A DNA stretch of 64,000 bases from a virus. Under the pieces are notes generated by a model. That model worked only from the letters and a program-made list of their open reading frames with translations. It did not search any database and was not told where the DNA came from. The stretch spans positions 1-64,000 of IMG/VR virus record IMGVR_UViG_3300045988_183652, one strand, 5' to 3'. Positions 37,270 through 45,678 of the stretch are shown piece by piece (position 1 is the first letter of the stretch; each line of letters opens with the position of its first letter). The position numbers and the translations under genes were made by a program.

Positions 37270-38234
37270 TTGTTTTCCTCCTTAAAGTGTTCAAGTCTTT
37301 CGGAAAACTTTTGCAGCGCTTTTCTAAACTCAATTTTGCAGGTGGTTGACATGAAATAATAGGCGGAAACAATATCTTCTGTCGTAGAGTTTTTCGCATA
37401 AAGTCGCATTGTGCTTGGCATCCCCATGAGCCAGTGTAAAGAGACGCCAAAGGCAGCCGCTATATGCGGCAGAATTCTTTCGTTGCTTGTGGAGCAGGAG
37501 GGTCTCACCAACATGATATTCGCCAACTCGTGAATGACATCCTTTTGTTTATCATCTAATTCAAAATTGCCTTTTCCGGACTGAATCAATTCATCCAAAT
37601 CGAGAATATCCTGTCGCTTAAATGAACATCTATGGGAAAAAACGTACTGTACTCGCGCAGAAGGGCGCAGCAATAAGCTGCGTTTTTTATCATCCCAGAA
37701 TTGATGTATCCACATCGTATCAATCATGCCGAGAGCTGACTCTCTTATGCATCCGTCTCTTATCGTTTCTGGAAAGCTATCTACAAGATTATAGACTTCT
37801 TGAACATCTGGCGGCAGGCTGCTGAAAGCTGGAAAGTTTTTATCTCCGAATCGAATCATTTCCTCGTAAGATATGTCCAACTCGGCAAGAATCCGAAAAA
37901 CGATTTGCCAGTTAAATCCCTGCCAGCCTATAAATCGCTGTGTTTCTCCGTTTGTAATGGGAGTTTTATCAAATAAAAGGGCTGGCAGCTTTTCTTCTGG
38001 ACAATTAAGCTGTTCGGCTAACCGCAGCTTTTTCATTTCTGCCCTGTATGGCGTGGTGTCTGTGATAATGTTGTTTACTCTTGCCATGTTGCCTGCATCC
38101 TCCGCAATTCTTAATTTGCGGAGGAGCAGGACTATAGAGGTATAGACAGTTGTTGAGACGTTTTCTCCGTACCTTATATCGTCTCCAGCTCGTGCCGGCT
38201 TTGTAGGATTTGTTCTTTTATAAATAGCACTCAT
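37266..38234 (-). CDS. hypothetical protein with C-terminal XRE-type HTH
   Basis: VIHELANIML...ERILPHIAAAFGVSLHWLMG resembles a Cro/C1 HTH; 322 aa. Confidence 0.45.
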   Translation of the reverse strand: MSAIYKRTNPTKPARAGDDIRYGENVSTTVYTSIVLLLRKLRIAEDAGNMARVNNIITDTTPYRAEMKKLRLAEQLNCPEEKLPALLFDKTPITNGETQRFIGWQGFNWQIVFRILAELDISYEEMIRFGDKNFPAFSSLPPDVQEVYNLVDSFPETIRDGCIRESALGMIDTMWIHQFWDDKKRSLLLRPSARVQYVFSHRCSFKRQDILDLDELIQSGKGNFELDDKQKDVIHELANIMLVRPSCSTSNERILPHIAAAFGVSLHWLMGMPSTMRLYAKNSTTEDIVSAYYFMSTTCKIEFRKALQKFSERLEHFKEENK

Positions 38235-40306
38235 TTTCTTGATGCCTCCTTTGCGGTATTGTCGGTCTCCTGACCTCCCGCGATTATGGAATCGACCATT
38301 TTGCAGGAACCTTTTCCTCTGTTCAAAAGTGTCTTTGCGTCCTCCTTTGCCTGTTCGTACTCAGCGGGGTATGCCATCATAAGGGTCATATATCGGTTCC
38401 ATCCGGATTGTTCTGTGCCGAGAAAATCTCCGGCACCTCTAATGCGGAGGTCCGCCTCTGCAATTTCAAACCCGTTATTGGTCTGTACCATGGCGTTCAG
38501 TCTCTCCATCGCAGCCGGCGTGGGCGCCGCGCCTGCTTCCAGCACACAATAGGACTGTACGCTGCTCCGCCCTACACGCCCTCTCAACTGGTGCAGACTG
38601 GAAAGCCCGAAACGGTCCGCGTTTACAATGACCATCATTGTCGCGGTAGGGACATTTACGCCAACCTCCACAACGGTTGTACTGACAAGCACATCTACTT
38701 GACCATCCTTGAAGCGCGAGAGAATGTCCTCCGTTTCTGTCTTTCCCATCTTGCCTGTTACTGTTTCGATGCGGACGCCATACGGTTCCAGAACAGAACG
38801 GTATTCTGCGCTGACTTCCTCGACAGACTGTACGCCTTCCAGCTTCTCGCTTCTATCAATAAGCGGACAGACAACATAGGTTTGATACCCCTTTTGTTTC
38901 TGCAGCAGAATGAAACGAAAGATTTTTTCTTTACTTGTGGCAATACCGGTAATAACCGGAAGACGTCCGTCCGGCATCGTTTTAATGGTGTGGAGTTGTA
39001 CGGTATCCCCATAAATTACCTGAGCCAAACTGCGGGGGATGGGGGTGGCAGACATAGTAATAGAATGAACACCGCCTGAAGCCTTTTCGATGAGCGCTGT
39101 ACGCTGGTCAACGCCAAACTTGTGTTCCTCATCCGTTACGGTTAAGGCGAGATTTTTATACTCCACATCTTCTCCAATGATGGACTGTGTTCCAACAATG
39201 AGTTGTGCCTTGCCTTCCTTGATGACGGCCAAGGCTTTTTTCTTTTCGCTCGTCTTCAAATCGCTGCCAAGCCAAACAACACTTACGCCAAACGGTTCCG
39301 CCAGAGCAGAGAGGTCCTCGTAGTGCTGACGCGCCAACACCAGCGTTGGGGCCATCACCGCTGCCTGATACCCATTCTCAGCCATGGTCATCATAAGGCA
39401 GAAGGCGACGATACTCTTTCCACAACCGACATCACCCTGCACAAGCGCGTTGATGCGATGCCCGTCTGCTGCAAATTGAGTCATGCTCTCAATCGCGTCC
39501 ATCTGGTCTTTTGTGAGAGAATAGGGCAGGGACTTCTTAATCTTTTCAATCCAACCGTTTGTTTTGACGGAGAATTGGCTACCTTTAGAAATCTTTCGTG
39601 CGGCCCATTCGTTAGCCATAGCAAAATATACGAGGTCTTCCTGAAGGAGTCGGGATTGCCCGTCCTTAATATCCTGCTCGGAAACGGGGAAGTGCAGCTT
39701 CTTGAGTGAAGTCCAAAGGCTTGAAAGACCTTTTTTGTCGAGGAAATCATTGGGAAGCGTTTCAATAAGTCCGATAGTTCTGTCGGAAGCCTCCTGAATC
39801 TTTTCTCTCAGGTAGGCATCGCTCACGCCTCCGATTTGAGCGTACACAGGACGAATGCCCGGTGCCTGCCCATAGGCAGGCTCGAAAATCTCCGGTGCCG
39901 TCATGGTGTAGTTGTTGTATTTCTCGCTGTATCCGACCTTTCCGGCCACATAAACCTCCTGCCCTGTGCAAGTGGAAATCTTGCGGAAAAGGTAGTTTTG
40001 CCGGAACCATGTAATAACGAGTTTTTCTCCGCTCGGAAGCACCGTGCAGTGTGCGATAATCATAGGGACATGGGAGGAAGTCTGCACATAAGAACCCTTA
40101 TAGCGCAGTTCTTGGCCGAAGGACTTCACTTCGTCTACGCGCACAAGACAAGCCTGCTCCGCACCATCTATGAGATGCGTTGCAAGCTGCCGGTAGTCCT
40201 TATAGCTTTTTGGGATATAACGCAGAAGGTCTTCTGCTGAGTGGATACCTTTTTTCTCGAAACGCTTTTCCTTTTGTGCGTTTACTCCAATGACGGATAG
40301 CTTCAT
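38231..40306 (-). CDS. recG: ATP-dependent DNA helicase RecG
   Basis: Start set to ATG 40306 (MKLSVIGVNAQKEKRFEKKGIHSAEDLL...) with GGAGGTGA RBS. Wedge/OB N-terminus, Walker A GDVGCGKS, DEEH box, helicase C motifs. Confidence 0.8.
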   Translation of the reverse strand: MKLSVIGVNAQKEKRFEKKGIHSAEDLLRYIPKSYKDYRQLATHLIDGAEQACLVRVDEVKSFGQELRYKGSYVQTSSHVPMIIAHCTVLPSGEKLVITWFRQNYLFRKISTCTGQEVYVAGKVGYSEKYNNYTMTAPEIFEPAYGQAPGIRPVYAQIGGVSDAYLREKIQEASDRTIGLIETLPNDFLDKKGLSSLWTSLKKLHFPVSEQDIKDGQSRLLQEDLVYFAMANEWAARKISKGSQFSVKTNGWIEKIKKSLPYSLTKDQMDAIESMTQFAADGHRINALVQGDVGCGKSIVAFCLMMTMAENGYQAAVMAPTLVLARQHYEDLSALAEPFGVSVVWLGSDLKTSEKKKALAVIKEGKAQLIVGTQSIIGEDVEYKNLALTVTDEEHKFGVDQRTALIEKASGGVHSITMSATPIPRSLAQVIYGDTVQLHTIKTMPDGRLPVITGIATSKEKIFRFILLQKQKGYQTYVVCPLIDRSEKLEGVQSVEEVSAEYRSVLEPYGVRIETVTGKMGKTETEDILSRFKDGQVDVLVSTTVVEVGVNVPTATMMVIVNADRFGLSSLHQLRGRVGRSSVQSYCVLEAGAAPTPAAMERLNAMVQTNNGFEIAEADLRIRGAGDFLGTEQSGWNRYMTLMMAYPAEYEQAKEDAKTLLNRGKGSCKMVDSIIAGGQETDNTAKEASRK

Positions 40307-40428
40307 ATATGTTCTCACCTCCGTATGGTGGGAAAATGTCAGGGTGTCGGGGTGCTTTTCGTGAACTACTCGGCAATAAATCACCGAGGATTCTTGCTTA
40401 CTTCTTATAAAGAGGGCTTACACACCCT

Positions 40429-40458
40429 TATTATAAACACGAACATAAAATTTTGTCA
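40429..40458 (-). promoter_or_regulatory. family-2 promoter driving recG operon
   Basis: Minus strand: TTGACA-aaattttatgttcgtgt-TTATAAT. Confidence 0.5.
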
Positions 40459-40620
40459 AGTGCGTTAGAGAGAAAATTTACTGGATGTCAACCTTTATTC
40501 TTTTGCATATTCGTTATTATTGCCAACTATTTTTTCGTAAAATACAGCTTGCTTTAGTTTGCGCGGCACGCTTTGCGGCGTATAAACTCGCGGTATAGCT
40601 TTTTTTACTGATAATTAGAC

Positions 40621-40649
40621 TTGACATTTTTATATGTTCGTGTTAGTAT
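40621..40649 (+). promoter_or_regulatory. family-2 promoter driving the long leader + tRNA cluster
   Basis: TTGACA-tttttatatgttcgtgt-TAGTAT. Confidence 0.5.
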
Positions 40650-41144
40650 AACAGCGTGGACAGGGCAAGAAAGGCTCGTTCGAAGGGCTTGTACCTAAAA
40701 TGACAATATTCTTGCGATTGTAAGAATAAGCGCCTAAGTTGCCCGTCCCGTTTTCTTCTTTCTTTATTTACACTCATAAGCACAATAAAGTCAGCTCCCT
40801 GAGGGAAGTGTGCGGGAGCTGCTTCGACTTTCGCGTTGTTCTCCATGCGGGGAGGTTCTGGCGGTTCGAGTCCGCACGGCGCGCCTTCTGTTTTCGCTGC
40901 TTCTATCTTCGCCTCCGTCTTTTTTAACGAGCAGCGGACACGGAAACATCTCTCAATATGATAGCGTAGCATAACTGGTAATGCCGTACCTCTCTCACAG
41001 GTAACGATATGTTGGTTCAACTCCAGCCGCTATTGCCAGCCGGCGTTCTACCCACCCCGCCGACATCAACTCTCTTCGGCGCTGGCGGCCTCCGTGCAGA
41101 CGGGATTACACGTGATAAGCGGAGGCTGCCAGCACCACCAAAAT

Positions 41145-41217
41145 GCTGGTGTAGCTCAGTAGGCAGAGCGGCGCATTCGTAACGCGCAGGTCGTGGGTTC
41201 GACCCCCACCGTCAGCT
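41145..41217 (+). tRNA. tRNA-Thr (anticodon CGT), CCA encoded
   Basis: 73-nt cloverleaf GCTGGTG/TAGCTCAGTAGGCAGAGC/anticodon loop tTCGTAa/GTGGGTTCGACCCCCAC; A31:C39 mismatch. Confidence 0.75.
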
Positions 41218-41302
41218 CCATTCCATACTCATTCTCCTTCAAGTGAAGCCCCCGTGTAACAGGTCTTTTGAAAAGTGCTTTCAGCCTCGTTGTGCGGGGG
41301 CT

Positions 41303-41375
41303 TCACGACTATGCTGATGTAGCTCAGTTGGCAGAGCGGCGGATTTGTAAACCGCAGGTCGGGGGTTCAAGGCCC
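41303..41375 (+). tRNA. tRNA-Thr (anticodon TGT), CCA encoded
   Basis: GCTGATGTAGCTCAGTTGGCAGAGC...anticodon loop tTTGTAa...GGGGGTTCAAGGCCCCC. Confidence 0.75.
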
Positions 41376-41423
41376 CCCATCAGCTCCATTAAAACCATGT
41401 GCTTTTGTGGTGTTTTTATATGC

Positions 41424-41497
41424 GCGGATGTCGTCTAATTTGGTGAGACACCAGCCTTCCAAGCTGGTCATTGCGGGTTCGAGTCCCGTCGTCCGCT
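41424..41497 (+). tRNA. tRNA-Gly (anticodon TCC), CCA encoded
   Basis: GCGGATG..anticodon arm CCAGC-cTTCCaa-GCTGG..GCGGGTTCGAGTCCCGT. Confidence 0.75.
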
Positions 41498-41500
41498 CCA

Positions 41501-41532
41501 AGGACACCGTAAAGTGTGTCCTTTTTTCTTTA
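41501..41532 (+). terminator. terminator after tRNA cluster
   Basis: AGGACAC-cgtaaagtgt-GTCCT + T6. Confidence 0.6.
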
Positions 41533-41889
41533 TCTGCTTGTTTGTCCTGTGTTTTTCGGACAACATCGGCGAGCGCAAAAGTCGCCTGAAGCGTGAGAAG
41601 CGAGCTGCCTGCACCTGTTTTGCGGGCGGTGGCGTGATAAGGGTGAAACTCTGCGCTTTCAGTAGCCGAAAGCAGATGAGCAAAAGTCTCCGCGAACGCC
41701 TGCATGGTTCGCGGGACAAGGGAAGCCGGAAAAATAAGTAAACGCGGACCGTGCGCAGAGGTTGGTGGCGTATTCCAGACGTGGGTGCTGCCTTTTATGC
41801 TGTGCTTGTTTGCGTGGGGTCCGGTGTTCTCGCAGTCTGGATGGTTGCTGCGAGAGGTGCCAAAACTTATTGCGAAAGGACGGAGTTCT

Positions 41890-42948
41890 ATGCCAACTAC
41901 ATTTCAAGCGTTTAAGTATCGCATTTACCCGACTGATGAGCAGGTCGAAATCATTGAAAAGACATTCAAGTGCTGCCGGTTTGTGTGGAACCATTTCCTT
42001 GAGCGAACCTCCAAAATCTATGACCGTCGGCAGGAAAAGATGACGACCTTCGACTGTATGAAGGTTCTCACGGAGATGCGGGAGCGCTGGCCTTGGCTTG
42101 CGGACTGCGGCTGTACGGCAGAGAGATATGCCATCATTGATTTGTTTGAGGCGCGAAAAGCGTTCTTCCGCCGCATTAAAGCGGGGGAGAAGCCCGGTTA
42201 TCCCAAATTTAAGGGCGCGTCCCATCCGACACAGAGTTTTACGACCGCTGGTACTATCTATGTGACGGACGATTACATTCAGGTTCCGTTTGGAGGACAG
42301 TATCAGAAAATCAACAAGCTCAGGCGAGGGACGGGGCGCCCCATCGAAGGGTCTCCCCGCGAGGTCACTATTTCTCGGTCTGCTACCGGAAAATACTGGG
42401 CATCTGTCTGCTGTAAAGTAGAGCGAGACACGCTGCCTATTGTGGACGGCGAGGTGGGAATCAGTCTCGGACTGAAGGAGTTGGCTATTGACAGCAACGG
42501 CGTTCACTATGAGAACCCGAAGCATCTGAGCAAGTCTGCAAAGCGGCTGGCCCGTGAGCAGCGGCGTCTATCCCGCAAGAAGAAGGGCTCTGTCAACTAC
42601 GAGAAGCAGCGGCGCAAGGTAGCCGGCGTCCATGAGCATATTGCCAATCAGCGCAATGACTACCGGCATAAAATCAGCCGTGAACTTGTCAACGCAAACC
42701 AGCTTATTGCCGTTGAGAAGGTGGCCGTTAAGCCCTTAGTTGAGGGCAATGAGCAGGCTAAAAGCATCCTCGATGCCGGCTGGTCTGAACTTACCGGTAT
42801 GATAAAGTATAAGGCGGACTGGGCTGGACGCACTCTGGTGGACGTAGATACCGCCACCGTAGCACCGGAAGCCAAGCATGATGAGGCACTGGCACAGGTC
42901 GTGCTGTCCGAAGGTCAGCGCAAGGCATCCGAGCAGAATCCTGCCTAA
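41890..42948 (+). CDS. TnpB-like protein, nuclease-dead and C-terminally truncated (TldR-like candidate)
   Basis: Start at ATG 41890 (MPTTFQAFKYRIYPTDEQ, classic TnpB/OrfB N-terminus; GGAG RBS). RuvC-I motif GxDxG reads GISLG (Asp->Ser). The RuvC-II Glu is retained (IAVEKV). The protein stops just after the YKADWAGR motif, with no zinc finger or RuvC-III. There is no tnpA nearby. Confidence 0.7.
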   Translation: MPTTFQAFKYRIYPTDEQVEIIEKTFKCCRFVWNHFLERTSKIYDRRQEKMTTFDCMKVLTEMRERWPWLADCGCTAERYAIIDLFEARKAFFRRIKAGEKPGYPKFKGASHPTQSFTTAGTIYVTDDYIQVPFGGQYQKINKLRRGTGRPIEGSPREVTISRSATGKYWASVCCKVERDTLPIVDGEVGISLGLKELAIDSNGVHYENPKHLSKSAKRLAREQRRLSRKKKGSVNYEKQRRKVAGVHEHIANQRNDYRHKISRELVNANQLIAVEKVAVKPLVEGNEQAKSILDAGWSELTGMIKYKADWAGRTLVDVDTATVAPEAKHDEALAQVVLSEGQRKASEQNPA

Positions 42949-42970
42949 AGCCCTATGGCGAGCAAATAAA

Positions 42971-42989
42971 GTGTGCAATGATTGCACAC
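42971..42989. promoter_or_regulatory. perfect palindrome GTGTGCAATgATTGCACAC
   Basis: 9+1+9 inverted repeat 22 nt after the TnpB-like stop and 20 nt before leader copy C; a homolog sits at 12686. Confidence 0.4.
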
Positions 42990-43009
42990 ATTGCCAAGGA
43001 AATAAAAAC

Positions 43010-43143
43010 GAGTACGGACGGTATAGCCGGAATTAACGCCTGTGGAGATGCATGGTCGTCGTGGAAGCAGGAATACTCTGTTGGCTGGTTTGTTATGTGA
43101 GAGGTGGCGACCAGCACTTTCGGGGAACTGAATACCTGTGCTT
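43010..43143 (+). ncRNA. conserved array-leader / putative guide-scaffold element, copy C
   Basis: GAGTACGGACGGTATAGCCGGAATTAACGCCTGTGGAGATGCATGGTCGTCGTGGAAGCAGGAATACTCTGTTGGCTGG...GTGAGAGGTGGCGACCAGCACTTTCGGGGAACTGAATACC. Confidence 0.5.
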
Positions 43144-43177
43144 GGTATACACCACCCGGAAATAACAGGGTTTTACC
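43144..43177 (+). CRISPR. single CRISPR-like repeat (array C, degenerate 3' end)
   Basis: GGTATACACCACCCGGAAATAACAGGGTTTTACC directly abutting leader copy C. Confidence 0.35.
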
Positions 43178-43277
43178 ATTCGTAATTATAGTTCTTCCCT
43201 CCGCTGTGTGGAGCGTTTTGTCGAAATGACAAAACATTCCTCTTAAATTCTTAAAAACAAGAAAGGAAATAAAGAAT

Positions 43278-43853
43278 ATGGAACCTTCTATCAACAGAAC
43301 TCTCACCGTCAGCGTCGTCAGCTATGGCGTCGTATCTGTCGTCAATGGAGTCATCAACGTTGACAACCAGAACCCCATCGAGTTTCCCGCCGTGCTGGAC
43401 GAGGCATCCGCTGCCAAACTGCTGAAGAGCAGATACGGCGGCAAGCTGTTCCCCGTGGACGCAAACATTGTCGTGTCTTCCATCCGGCATGAGAAATGGA
43501 AGTTCTCTATGGACCTGAGCCAGTTCGTTGCTACCGCTGCCCGCAGCCGCGTGGATGGAACCGAGTCCGGTGCTGATGATACCCCCGCAGAGGACGTTCC
43601 CGCCACTGAGCCGGCTGTTCCTGCGCCTGAGGGGACACCCGTTGCTTCTTCTATTCCCATGCCTCTGACGTCTGAGCCTGAGGAGAGTTTTACACCTACG
43701 CCCCCCGAAGTGCCTGCTTCAGCCGGCGGCTTCGCCCCTGAGTCTCCCACTGCTGCGCCTGCCGCTCCCGCAAAGGAAGTTCCCTACGGCGGCAACTTCA
43801 ATTTCCCCTCCGAATTTGGCGGAGACTTCGGTTCCGGCTTCTTTGGCGGATAA
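43278..43853 (+). CDS. hypothetical protein with Pro/Ala/Glu-rich C-terminal half
   Basis: AAAGGAAATAAAG RBS; 191 aa. Confidence 0.45.
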   Translation: MEPSINRTLTVSVVSYGVVSVVNGVINVDNQNPIEFPAVLDEASAAKLLKSRYGGKLFPVDANIVVSSIRHEKWKFSMDLSQFVATAARSRVDGTESGADDTPAEDVPATEPAVPAPEGTPVASSIPMPLTSEPEESFTPTPPEVPASAGGFAPESPTAAPAAPAKEVPYGGNFNFPSEFGGDFGSGFFGG

Positions 43854-43860
43854 TGGGCCG

Positions 43861-44028
43861 ATGGACATTGTGAACGTTGGCCGGGGGTGTCTTGATTGCA
43901 TCAACAAGGAGAATCCTACGACCAAAGAGCCGTGCAAGAGCTGTTCGCGCTGGAGCAGGTGGGAGCCGGATGATAAGTCCAAAGAAAAGGTGACGGTACA
44001 GGACGCAAGGAAAAGGGCGAAGAAATAA
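43861..44028 (+). CDS. small CxxC...CxxC protein
   Basis: MDIVNVGRGCLDCINKENPTTKEPCKSCSRW; start chosen downstream of the track start; weak RBS. Confidence 0.3.
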   Translation: MDIVNVGRGCLDCINKENPTTKEPCKSCSRWSRWEPDDKSKEKVTVQDARKRAKK

Positions 44029-44100
44029 TACGGCTCAAAAATGATGATGAGCACCTGCGGCGCAAGCTCGAAATCGTTGCTGTCTTTGGCGACAAACATA

Positions 44101-44140
44101 CAGCGGCGCAGGCCCTTATCCGGCGCCTGCGCCGCTTTTC
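44101..44140 (+). terminator. terminator
   Basis: GGCGCAGGC-ccttatccg-GCGCCTGCGCC + GCTTTTC. Confidence 0.5.
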
Positions 44141-44158
44141 ACTGAAAATCTCAAAAAC

Positions 44159-44290
44159 GAGTACGGACGGTATAACCGGAATTAACGCCTGTGGAGATGC
44201 ATGGTCGTCGTGGAAGCAGGAATACTCTGTTGGCTGGTCTTCACGTGAGAGGTGATACCGGCACTTTCGGGGAATTGAATACCTATGCTG
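44159..44290 (+). ncRNA. conserved array-leader element, copy D
   Basis: Near-identical to copy C. Confidence 0.5.
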
Positions 44291-44457
44291 GGTATACACC
44301 ACCCGGAAATAACAGGGTTGTATACCACTCGACCGCCCCACTAACCCCGTGGGGGAGGTATACACCCCCAGAAATAACAGGGTTGTATACCATTGCAAAT
44401 GAGCTCTTTTGCGGTCTTGAGGGTATATACCACCCGGAAATAACACCGTTGCATACC
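44291..44457 (+). CRISPR. CRISPR-like array D (3 repeats of 35-36 nt, 2 spacers of 30 nt)
   Basis: Repeats at 44291-44326, 44357-44391 and 44422-44457. Spacers are actcgaccgccccactaaccccgtggggga and attgcaaatgagctcttttgcggtcttgag. Confidence 0.5.
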
Positions 44458-44494
44458 ATATAAATAAGATAGTCTACAGGGAGGAGGGAGCTTA

Positions 44495-45016
44495 ATGGCC
44501 TCGAAAAAGATATATAGTTCCCCTGAGCTCTATGAAGATAAGCTGGTGCGCGTGATGGCGCGTCTTGGTATTGAAGTTGGTGACTACAACTACGACTGGA
44601 GTCGTCAGGAATGTTGGGTCGAGTTCAGATACAAGGGGGAATATTATCGCTTTTCTCACAGTGTAAAGAACGCTCAAGAGCACGGCATCTCCCTGCAGTA
44701 CGGCTCCGATGCCTTTGCACAGGTCGTGCTCTCTTTGGAAGACCTCGCCCGTATGGTCGAACGAGGCATCTACGACCTGTCTACATGGGTGGCCGGCATG
44801 AAAGCCCTGCCGAAGCGCTCCGAGTCATTAGATGCCTGCTTTATTGCTCTCGGTTTCGTAGAGCCGCCAACATCCAAGGAAGAAATCACACTCCACTATC
44901 GGCGGCTGGCAAAGGTATATCACCCTGATGCCGGCGGCGATAGCTGCTCATTTGATGCGCTATCTAACAACTACACAAAATGCATGGAGATGTTCGAGGA
45001 GGCTGCCGAGAAGTAA
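44495..45016 (+). CDS. J-domain (DnaJ-like) protein
   Basis: C-terminal ITLHYRRLAKVYHPDAGGD (HPD motif); GGAGGGAG RBS. Confidence 0.5.
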   Translation: MASKKIYSSPELYEDKLVRVMARLGIEVGDYNYDWSRQECWVEFRYKGEYYRFSHSVKNAQEHGISLQYGSDAFAQVVLSLEDLARMVERGIYDLSTWVAGMKALPKRSESLDACFIALGFVEPPTSKEEITLHYRRLAKVYHPDAGGDSCSFDALSNNYTKCMEMFEEAAEK

Positions 45017-45522
45017 TGTATATGTCTCAGAAAGAGTTCAATGCAATGATGAAGAAAAACCCCCGCCTCCGTGTTCACGGTGCAAACAACACACGCGAAC
45101 ATCGTTCCAAGGCGAACAAGGCGGCAAAATATAGAAACGTAAAGGTCTACGAGTACGCCGATGGGCTGTCCTTTTTCGGTAAGCCCCGCAATAGTGGTGA
45201 ACTCCCTATCGCTGTCTATGACAGTAAGAAGGAGTACCACCGCTGGAAAGAGCTTCAGATTCTGGAGCGCGGCGGACATATCCACGACCTTCGCCGGCAG
45301 GTGCCTTTGACCATCATTACCGAGTTCGAGTATCGTGGTCAGAAGGTCTCCGGTATTACTTACAAAGCCGACGCCGTCTATGTGCGCGACGGCAAGTGTG
45401 TGGTAGAGGACGTGAAGCCCTTCGATACCACAACGCAGAAGTATCGAACTACAAAGGATTTCAACCTCAAGTGGAAGCTGCTCAAGGCTGAATATCCTGA
45501 GTGGAGCTTCGAAATTTTTTAG
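45016..45522 (+). CDS. hypothetical protein
   Basis: Start at TAATG overlap (MYMSQKEFNAMMKKNP...); GAGGAGG upstream. Confidence 0.45.
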   Translation: MYMSQKEFNAMMKKNPRLRVHGANNTREHRSKANKAAKYRNVKVYEYADGLSFFGKPRNSGELPIAVYDSKKEYHRWKELQILERGGHIHDLRRQVPLTIITEFEYRGQKVSGITYKADAVYVRDGKCVVEDVKPFDTTTQKYRTTKDFNLKWKLLKAEYPEWSFEIF

Positions 45523-45544
45523 CGTAACAGGTTTCAAGAACAAC

Positions 45545-45678
45545 GAGTACGGACGGTATAACCGGAATTAACGCCTGTGGAGATGCATTGTCGTCGCGGA
45601 AGCAGGAATACTCTGTTGGCTGGTAGTCACGTGAGAGGTGGCACCAGCGCTTTGGGGAACTGAATATATCCTGTGCCG
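45545..45678 (+). ncRNA. conserved array-leader element, copy E
   Basis: GAGTACGGACGGTATAACCGGAATTAACGCCTGTGGAGATGCATTGTCGTCGCGGAAGCAGGAATACTCTGTTGGCTGG... Confidence 0.5.

Noticed and set aside
40962-41037. Candidate extra tRNA (tRNA-Glu-like, anticodon CTC)
   Set aside because: The acceptor and T arm pair, but the D-arm/anticodon-arm junction requires 2 unpaired nt and the variable region is 7 nt. No clean cloverleaf, so it is likely a tRNA remnant and not annotated as a gene.
40650-41040. Possible tmRNA, SRP RNA or RNase P RNA upstream of the tRNA cluster
   Set aside because: I looked for:
- the tmRNA tag ORF or a GGGG 5' acceptor,
- the SRP domain-IV GGAA tetraloop motif,
- the RNase P GGAAAGUCC / ACAGAAUGC boxes.
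None is present. Only a tRNA-like 3' fragment and a generic hairpin remain, reported as a low-interest finding instead.
41659-42525. 288-aa minus-strand ORF overlapping the TnpB-like gene
   Set aside because: Antisense to a gene with a clear TnpB family signature. It has no RBS and an Arg/Pro/Ser-rich junk translation.
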